From: Raillietiella orientalis
Taxonomy: Eukaryota
NCBI GenBank assembly: GCA_036172245.1
Contig: JAYWIR010000113.1
Span: 117,572-137,571 of the forward strand
DNA: 20,000 nt
Direction of reading: 5' to 3'
Shown: positions 10,835 through 18,750 of the stretch, piece after piece
Position numbering within the stretch: the first letter of the stretch is position 1
Layout of the letters: each line of letters opens with the position of its first letter
Position numbers and translations under genes: made by a program
Notes under the pieces: generated by a model
Database searches by the model: none
Told to the model about the DNA's origin: nothing
What the model saw: the letters and a program-made list of their open reading frames with translations, nothing else

Positions 10835-11612
10835 GTTATGTTGTCGAGCGAACAATACTTTGAGCCGCGAAGCAAGTTTACCGACTCGTCAGGAGCGGAG
10901 CGATCTGGCGACTGTCAAGAAGGTGACTCCGTTGCCGTAGTTGAAAGGCATAGCGAAAGCAACGCCCGCAGAGAACGCAGCGAAAAACCCCGAAGGTTTC
11001 CGCAACTACTGTCGCGGAAGCCTCCGAAAATCGCGAAGGCGAATGGAAGGTTGTGGAGACGAAGAAAGAAAAATCTGCAAAAAAAGCTTCGCAACATCCA
11101 TCCCTGAGCTTTTCCAAAGAACAAAGCAGTAGCGCGCATACGAAAACACGCGCAGCTTGTGCTCCTTCCCAGGAAAAAGCCAGCGCCTTCAACGTGTGCA
11201 AGTTTGCTTCTGTGACCACCGAGTAGACCATTCCGGTGAAATCGGACGGATGAAAGCGCACGGCGATCGTGCGAGCATCAGACTACGCAAAGGAGTCCGA
11301 TAGCGCCGCTGAACAACGCGTTCCTCGCGCGGGATCGTGCGCCTTCAGGGCTTCCGCCCTGAGGCGTAACACACACGCCTCGGAACGGCAAGGGCTTACC
11401 CCGGAACCCACAGGTTCTGCACCCGGTGAGGACCACTCGATTACGTGCAGCACAGTTTATACCGGTGGCGAGCGCGCCCTCCAGCCCGTCGTGTGCTTAC
11501 TACCCGTTCTCCGGGAGACGAGAGCATTATACCCTCGCTTTCCCAGCCGTGATGAGGGCAATCGCGCCATCTAGTCGTGTTGCCGAGAAGTCTTGGAACG
11601 TCAATGCAGGTG
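10835..11612 (+). mobile_element. Segment D1: ORF1 C-half and ORF2 start of a B2-like element, decayed
   Basis: LKGIAKATPA..ASENREGEWKVVE aligns with LRALPKAAPM..ASNDGNREWTVVE (4360 ORF). AFPAVMRAIA..SWNVN (~11537-11605) aligns with AFPAVTRGIA..C*NVN of B2. The 5' boundary is approximate. Confidence 0.75.
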
Positions 11613-12275
11613 GCAAGGTGGCAAGTCTCCTGCTGCATCGAGGGACGCGAGAAGTTGATCAGCGGCTGGACAACAGGAGAACTGGCTAACGCCACGACAC
11701 CGAGCTTACAGCCGCGAAGACTAAGAAGATGGGGCGAGCTGCTGTCCATCCCTATGGATGTGCAGAAGTGGCCCCCGCTTCTTCAGAAATCCAGGATCCT
11801 GCCCCTTAATTGGAAAGAGTCGGCGTTGCTGTTGTTGCATTGGGGTTTACTCTGCAAGGCACGCCGCTCTCACTGGACAAGAGAAGTTGTGGATCCTGCG
11901 TGTGTAAGGTGCGGAGAACGGGAATCGCTCTCCCACCTTATTGTGGACTGTGCTGCCATGCGTCCCCTTTGGCAACAGTTTGGGTCGATCCTCGGTCTCC
12001 CTACGGGCAGTTCCCCTAGACACGTTCTTCGGCCCCTCTTCGTGAAGGACGCCCTGCAGCCAGCCGCAGCCCTTGCAGCCTTGTGCTGCGTCCGAGGCAT
12101 CGTGGCGGCATTGAGCGACACCAACAAGGAAGGAGTGGGTCAACACGCGAGTGATGTCATCCCATATGCCCAACGCTTCTTGCGAAGAGCTGCTGGATGG
12201 CCCCAAATGGGGAATCTACGGATGGACCTCGAGGGCTTCCTTCAACGGATGGGCCCTCCTCTCAGCGAACAGTGA
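11613..12275 (+). pseudogene. ORF2 C-terminal domain with zf-RVT-like CX2CX7HX4C; frame open but 5'-truncated
   Basis: CVRCGERESLSHLIVDC; natural TGA at 12273-12275. Confidence 0.88.
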
Positions 12276-12351
12276 TCCCTTCCCTGCACCCCAACCTCAT
12301 TTGTTTGTTTGCGTTTTTGTTTTTATTTTTGTTTTTCCTTATCCTCTTTCG

Positions 12352-12396
12352 CTGCCGGGGAGTGCCACGCCGGGCTGCGTCCCGGCGTCCCGGTAG
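12352..12396 (+). other. Conserved 3'UTR RNA stem-loop (also 15768-15812 -, 5519-5563 -, decayed at 2587-2630 +)
   Basis: Outer stem CTGCCGGG/CCCGGTAG, GAGTGCC bulge, inner stem ACGCCGGG/CCCGGCGT with CTGCGT loop; compensatory changes between copies. Confidence 0.8.
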
Positions 12397-12485
12397 GTCC
12401 CGTGCATAATGCCGTGAGCGGGGCCAGGTACCGCAATTTTAGAGTTCTTTATAAAAAAAAAACCCCGGGCGTACCCGGGTGGTAA

Positions 12486-13625
12486 CGCCGAATCCCCGGG
12501 GCAGACGTTACACAGGGAACTGTTCGCAGAACTCCCGGACCGAGTCCTTAAATAGGTATCATTCCGCGATACTCTGGATGCTGACGCCTCGCAGGAATTC
12601 GCGAAGATGTTCTTTCGCTCCTGACAGGCGCGGCGAGTCCCCTGGCATACGCCAATCCCTGGATGGCGGTCCCTTGTCGCGCATGCGCATCTCGAATGCT
12701 AACCGCGAATCTTTTGACAGCGTCGATCCTAGTGTCCTTCCTTTTCCAAACCGTGTGCACAGGTTTTCGTCGAGGAAGACGTGGTCCACGCTGCTGACCA
12801 TCTCGCTTATTTCTGTCAACAAGTTGCGCGCGCGCCTGGCGGCGCACAACTCGTTGATCGCGCTACCCTGTGCTCCGGGCTGATCTGAGAGCAGACGGAC
12901 GTTGAAATCCCCTGCTATCAGATGCGCCTTCCGCACGTCCGCATCCTCCAGCCATTCGCGCTTCAAGGTTTCCAGTAACGCGTTGCGCTGGTGGTATCCC
13001 TGTTTACCGCTAGGAGCGTACACATTGGTGACGATGGGGGCGATCGAATCGGACCATCTGAGAATCAGTTGGCCGATCCGTCCGTTGTCCCCAAAGCGCA
13101 CGCACTTCACGGCAGCGTTAATGGCTGGCTTTAGGAAGAACTCGACCCCACAAGGGTTGCGGGCGCCGCATCGCCAGTACAACCGCACTTTCGCGATCGT
13201 TTCGATCTCCTGTCCGTCTTTTGCGGTGATGACGTGGATCTCCTGCAGAAGCACCAGGTCGAAATCTCGCAAGGTGGCGGCTGTATCTCGTCTGCTTCCA
13301 TCGTCGTGCAGCCCGATAACATTCCAACTGGCCCCGCAATTCCGACGGCGACAGACGAGTCCAGGTGATATACCTGGGAACCTGGCGGTGGTTCTCCCGC
13401 CACCTTTTAAGGCGGGTCGCTGGACAGGGTTGGCGTCTTGCCCACCAACTCCTCATCCTTCTTTCGTGCCGACGTCTCCATCTGCCCGTACGAAGGGGGT
13501 GTTGTTCGTACCTGTTGGCCCACATCCATTGGTGCGGGTGGTTCAGGTTCGGCGGTTTCAGAGGGCATTGCTGACCCCTGGTTACCCCTCTTCCACCCCC
13601 CTTCCATTTCCTTCTTTCTCTCCAA
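12486..13625 (-). mobile_element. Segment E2: end of ORF1 plus full APE endonuclease and part of the linker, family 1; truncated at both ends
   Basis: ASWNVIGL, DLVLLQEIH, NVYAP, IAGDFN, VDHVFL (ORF 12559-13272 and its upstream extension); homologous to 19585-20000. Confidence 0.9.
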
Positions 13626-13696
13626 CCCCTCTTCGCGCAGCCCGTTGACGTTCCAACAGGCCGCGCGAATCCGACGGCGACTGGCGAGCCCAGGTG

Positions 13697-15571
13697 TTAG
13701 TCCAGGGTAAACGGCGATGCGGCGTCCGCCACCTGCTGGGACGGGACGCTAGGTGGAGGGGGAGGAGGGACAGGTACTGAAGGCACCTTTGCCTACTCTT
13801 CCATCGGTGCCGGCGCGTCGGCCGGATCACCCGCAGGTGGAGTCGCGCCTACCTGTTCGCCTTCCTCCATGGGTTCGGGCTGCTCAGGTTTCGCGACTGC
13901 AGGGAGGACTTAACCCCCCTGCTCTCCCTCCTCCATGGGGGTGGCCGTCTCCACGGCTTCCGGGCGTGGGTATTCCCCTTTCGGGATTCCCACGCTGCCG
14001 CTTCCTTCCGGTTTCTCCTCCTCGCTGGTGGAGGGGTGGCGCCTCCTGGGTTTCTGGGACTTGCGTCCCGACTTCCTGGGGGGTGCCTTCGAGGAGGAGG
14101 GTCCGCTTCCGGCCCCCAGGTCGCACTCACCTGCGGGGGCCGTCTTCGTCGGAGCCGATGTGCGTACGCCCTTGCGCGACGGGGTTTCGCGCTCGGCGAG
14201 CGTTGCTGCGAGCTCCTCCGCCGCTTTCTCGAAGGCCGCGTCTTCGCCAGGGGCGACCGTTGCCGCGGGCTGCTCCGCGACCTTATCGAGCGCGGCGTCA
14301 TCGTTGACGGCGAACGTTGCCGCGGGCTCCTCCGCGACTTTATCGAGCGCGGCGTCCTGGCTGTCGGCGCGCGAGTCTCGCGTATCACCGTCTAAACGTA
14401 GAATGGGCTCGTCCACGCGAGTATTCATCGCGTCCGCATCAGCTGTTCCGCGAACATTGCCGCGGGCGGACTCGGCAAGAACGGCTAAGCGTTCCAGTGC
14501 CACCGAGCATTCGCGAAGTTTTTTTTTTGAAAGCGGCGCGGCTTTTTTCTTGTTGCCGGCAGTTTTCTTCTCCGAATTTTCTTCTATAATCACTTTCTTT
14601 TTTTTCTCTTTTCTGGCCTGAACCAGCTGCCGACCCTTCTCCATTCCCGCGTCCACGGGAGCTATTTGCTCCGACGTCTGTACGGGAGGAAGGGAGGCTG
14701 GCAGTTGGGAACGGCCATTTTCGCGAGCTGGTCTTTCTACCAACTTTCCACGTTTTCCCTGCGCCTTTTTGGCGGCAGGGGGCACCGGGGAGGAACGCTT
14801 GGGGCACACGCGCCGAACGTGACCCTTCTCGCCGCATATGTGTCACACAATGTTCGGGCACCATTTTCGTAGATGCCCTACTGCATTGCAGTAGCCACAA
14901 AATTGGCGTTTCCCCACGTACCAGAGGTTCAGCGCTTCTTGGCAGACCTCCAGCTTGTGGGGAAGCGCACCACCCTCTTTTACTGTGATACGCGCCGCAG
15001 CTTGACCTCCGAAGAGGCTATTGTAGCCTTGGAAAATCGTGGACTTCGGCCACAACGCGTGCACTTCTCCGTGGTTTTGAAGCAGTTCTCGAACCGCTGA
15101 CCTCGTCATGCGACTTGAGATCCCAGTGAGATGGACCATCACCGAGCGGTCCATCGTTATCGGCAAGATCTTCCGACCATCAACGATCAGCGGGTCGGTG
15201 ATCAGATGTCGGGCCAAGGTGATATCCTTGCATACCACCTCGACCCGCTGCCCGCCGCTGAGGACGCAGAGGCCGTCGAGATCTTTTTCAAAAATATTGG
15301 CGTTCTGCAGCGCCTTCGTAAAGGCGCGTTCAGTTCGCCCATCGAAGAGGTTGCCTACCTTGTAGACTAGCGAGGGTTTATACCCAGCTTTCTTGTAGGC
15401 TTCCATCTCGGCCATGGCTTCCACGCTACGCGCGGCCACCATGGCGCTCCATGACCTCGTCGTCGCCGGGGACGATTCCGTGGCGCATGCCCCTAATCCA
15501 GTAGGCTGTGGGGACGAACAAGCTTCCATCACGCCTACTTCCATCGCGGTGTCCTCTGGCAAAGATGCCAT
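13697..15571 (-). pseudogene. Family-1 ORF1, ~625 codons in a single frame with three internal stops
   Basis: RSWSAMVAA; RRM-like VHLTGI..LLQNHGEV; CGYCNAVGHLRKWC and *HICGEKGHVRRVC. Internal stops at 14843-14845, 13910-13912 and 13793-13795; conserved TAA at 13697-13699. Confidence 0.88.
14186..14356 (-). repeat. 57-bp x3 tandem coding repeat in ORF1 (19 aa)
   Basis: DAALDKVAEEPAATFAVND / DAALDKVAEQPAATVAPGE / DAAFEKAAEELAATLAERE; TTATCGAGCGCGGCGTC at 14283 and 14340. Confidence 0.9.
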
Positions 15572-15708
15572 CGGACACCGACGGTGTGCACGCACAAATC
15601 ACTCAAGAAGAAAAAACACACGCTTTGCCACGCAGGCGGAGCGCAGGAAAAGCACGTCCGCTCTCCACAGCGGGGATTCGGCGTTATCACCCGGGTACGC
15701 CCGGATCG

Positions 15709-18700
15709 TTTATTAATAAACTTTACATGCATGGTACAAGGCCCCACCACGGCCGTAAACACAGGACCTGTCGGGACACCGGAACGCAGCCCGGAGTGGC
15801 ACTCCCCGACAGCGAAGAAGGATGGGGATAAGACAAAAAGTAACATAAAAAGAAACAAACAAAAAGAAGTTGGAGGGCAGGGAAGGGATCACTGTTCGCT
15901 GTGGAGAAAGCCCATCCGTCGAACGAAGCCCTCGAGGTCAGTCTGCATATTCCCCAGTTGGGGTTATCCGGCAGCACTTCGCCTGCAGCGTTGGGCATAA
16001 GGGATTACATCCCTCGCGTGTTGACCCACTCCTTCCTTGTTGGTGTCGCTCCATGCCGCCATGATGCCTCGGACGCAGCACAAGGCTGCAAGGGCTGCGG
16101 TTGGCGTCAGGGCGTCCTTCACGAAGAAAAGCCGAAGAACGTCTCTAGGGGAACTGCCCGTTGGGAGACCGAGGATCGTCCCAAACCGTTCCCAAAGGGG
16201 ACGAAGGGCAGCACAGTCGACAATAAGGTGGGGAAGCGACTTCCGCTCCTCGCACCTGACACACCCAGGATCCACAACTCCTCTTGTCCAGTGAGAGCGG
16301 CGTGCGCTGCAGGGTAAACCCCAATGCAACAACAGCAACGCCGACTCTTTCCAGTTAACAGACAGGATACTGTATTCCTGAAGAAGCGGGGGCCACTTCA
16401 ACACATCCATAGGGATGGCCAGCAGCTCGCCCCATCTTCTTAGTCCTCGCGGCTGGACGCTCGGGGTCGTTGCGTCTGCCAGTTCTCCTGTTGTCCAGCC
16501 GCTGATCAACTTTTCGCGTCCCTCGATGCAGGAGGAGACTTGCCACCTTGGCGTCCAACTGCTGTGAAGTGCCCTCTTCAGGAAGGACAGCGCCGTAGCT
16601 AGACAGGTCGTCTCTGCCCACGTGCATCTTGCTGGACTCTCCAGGAGATTCCGCAGCGTGCAGCGGGTGTAGGGGCTGCATCGGAGACGATTCCACGTCT
16701 CGTGGCTTGTCTGGTTAACCACTGCCCACGTTCCAATATTTTCTTCCAGCCAGGCGGAAGAGTTGGCGGGGCAGCAAACCATCCAGCTGTTCTCCTTGGC
16801 CAATGTTGCCATGCTCCCGAGCAGTAGGCCGCATCTTCGCATCTTCCGGCTACGGCTGAGAAGAAAAGACGCGAGTCCATCGCACCGGGACACACGGCTG
16901 GCCAGGAGGCGGGGTAGAGTGCACCAAGGGGTGCACCACATCTTCGCTGCGATGGCGAGGGTTCGCCACCGCAGCTGCTTCTCCACGCGCTCCTGCGTCA
17001 GGAGGCCAAGACCGCCGTCCCGACGCGGAGCGCACAAGTCCTTCAGTGGGACTCGGGGCCTCTACTTGCCCCAAAGGGCGATACGGAGGAGGTCCTTCGT
17101 CCTCTTCTTGGATTTCTCGGTGGGGGGGCAAACAAAAAGCAAGGGGCGGAGGATGGGGGCCGCAAAGGCGTTCCCAACCGCGGCCCGTTCCGGCAAGTGA
17201 TACTTGCCTTCCAGGAACGGGCCGATCGCCGCCTCGACTTTTTGGAGGCAGCTGGACCACGCTTCCGCAGGGGAGTAGTCCCCCAACGGCACACCGAGGT
17301 ACTTGAAGCACCTCGCTGTGGGGATACCCAGACGGACCCAGTCCTGCTGCCCTGCCCACGCCGCACCTATTGGCACAACCGACGACTTCACCCTGTAAAC
17401 CTGCAGTCCGGTCCCGCGGCTGAGCAGATCGAAGAAGTCTCCGACCGTCTTCGCCGGGGTGGACATTGGCAACAAGAGCAGAAGATAGTCGGCGTACGCT
17501 GCTACGGCGGGGCACGAGCTCGGCAAGGGGGCCACAGTCACCATGTACGCTCTAAGCACCAAATCAAAGTAGGTGCTAAAAAGCAGGGGGCTTTCGCTAT
17601 CGCCCTGCCTTATGCCCCGCCGCACCGGCACGCCATACACCTTTTGACCGCTGAAAGAGACGGTAATTATCGCATTCCGCCAGCAAAAGCGCAGGTAGGA
17701 AATCAGGGAGGGTGGAAAGCCCATGCGACCCAGGAGCTCCAAGAGAAGTTCCTGGTCTACACAGTCGAACGCCTTGTGGAGATCGACTGCGAGCGCTAGG
17801 GCCCCCTTCCCCGCCCGGGGGTCCCTTCCCAGCCCGGCTGGCGGCCCCAATGTGGGGTTGCCGACTTTCCCTATCCCTTTCTTCTCTCTTCTCTGCAGGT
17901 GCACCCATGTGCTTGCGAAGAAGAGGTTGGCATCCATACTTCGCCCGGGAACAGCATAAGTCTGCTCCGGGCTAATTACGGATTCTGCCACCTGCCCCAG
18001 ACGCGAAACCCATAGTTCTGCTATCAACTTGGCGTCCGTATTCACGATCGTGATCGGACGCCAGTTCTTTAAATCCCTGAGGTCTCCACCTTTCGGCAGG
18101 AGCCTCACTCTGGCTGACCGAAACGAGGCGGGAACATCGCCTTTGTGTCGGATCAGCCTGATGAACTTAAGCAGCAGGGGTGCCAGCTCTTCCTCGAAGC
18201 TCTGAAAGAACTCCGCGGGCAAGCCGTCTTCCCCTGGCGCTTTACGCCTCTTGAGCCTTTTGATACCGGCGAGAATTTCGCCGGTGGTAAAAGGCTCGTT
18301 GAGGCTTTCCATCTCCCCCTACCCTAGTGCCGGGGCGCCATCCGGAAGCAAGCGCCGAGAGGCGTTTCGATTGGGGGCTTCTGGCGTAAAGGGAGGAATA
18401 GAAATTCCGCACGAGATGCCGTACCGACGCCGGGGACGAACATTCCAGGCCCTGGTCGTCCAGCAAGCTAGCCGACCCGGAATGCCAGGCTTGGCGTTCG
18501 GCACCGGCGCGGTACTCGGCCAGGCGACGGACATTTGGGGTTCTTTCGTACCTACGAGCCTGTAAATAGGCCCGATGGTTGCGAGCACCCTCGCCGAATC
18601 CAAGGGGCAGGCGATCCAGGGGGAACTGCTCACAGAACTCGCGGACCGATTCCTTAAAAAGTTCCCAGTCCTGGAGATTCCGGAGCGTGACACCTCTCAG

Positions 18701-18744
18701 GTATTCGCGAAGGTATTCCTTCCCACCTGAGAGTCGCGTTCAGT
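15709..18744 (-). mobile_element. Segment F: 5'-truncated family-1 element (linker, complete RT, zf-RVT, 3'UTR, AATAAA)
   Basis: Best-preserved ORF2 in the window; ends TTTATTAATAAA directly abutting the head of E1. Confidence 0.93.
15889..18744 (-). pseudogene. ORF2 reverse transcriptase and C-terminal zinc finger
   Basis: KAPGEDG, WRPITIVNTD, DLHKAFD, GIRQGDSESPLLF, YADY (YADD mutated), FKYLGVPL, GGLGL, CVRCEERKSLPHLIVDC. In-frame stops at 17062-17064 and 15964-15966; frameshifts near 18315 and 18470. Confidence 0.95.
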
Positions 18745-18750
18745 TGAAAA

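Larger units (their letters stand above)
11613..12498 (+). mobile_element. Segment D2: family-1 3' end (ORF2 C-terminus, 3'UTR, A10 tail, 36-nt head motif)
   Basis: Highly similar inverted counterpart of 15671-16550; A run at 12453-12462. Confidence 0.92.
13626..15708 (-). mobile_element. Segment E1: complete 5' end of a family-1 element (head motif, 5'UTR, ORF1, first ~25 codons of ORF2)
   Basis: Head motif 15671-15708; GCGGACGTG 15653-15661; ORF1; RIRAACWNVNGLREE at ~13629-13673. Confidence 0.9.

Noticed and set aside
10826..10850. GGTTATG resembling a copia half-tRNA primer binding site
   Set aside because: The match is only 7 nt, there is no LTR or copia ORF, and downstream sequence is LINE ORF1 homologous to B2.
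12463..12498. Head motif as a tRNA, 5S, 7SL or snRNA target site typical of Tx1 elements
   Set aside because: No cloverleaf, complete B box or recognisable RNA gene sequence. The motif continues directly into element 5'UTR and diverges between copies more than an RNA gene would.
14186..14356. CRISPR-like repeat array
   Set aside because: Contiguous 57-bp in-frame coding repeats without unique spacers; eukaryotic TE context with no cas genes.
12902..14621. Long antisense ORFs (12902-13648, 13935-14621; also 3319-3978, 9317-9835, 17197-17799)
   Set aside because: Shadow frames of GC-rich retroelement coding sequence; no motifs, and not evidently preserved between paralogues.
13697..14845. Alternative genetic code (TAA/TAG = Gln, or TGA = Cys/Sec at the zinc-knuckle Cys 14843-14845) suggested by in-frame stops without frameshifts
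   Set aside because: Internal stops are of all three types and align with different residues (W, C, Q, G). TAA and TGA both serve as conserved natural stops. The 3'UTR hairpin lacks a SECIS AUGA/GA core. Ordinary decay explains them.
15620..15708. HDV-like, twister or hammerhead ribozyme at the element 5' end
   Set aside because: Small hairpins (CCGGG-CGTA-CCCGG; CCGCT..AGCGG) exist, but I could not fit a catalytic core, and the pairing is not kept in the 2695 and 5457 variants. A covariance search would be needed.
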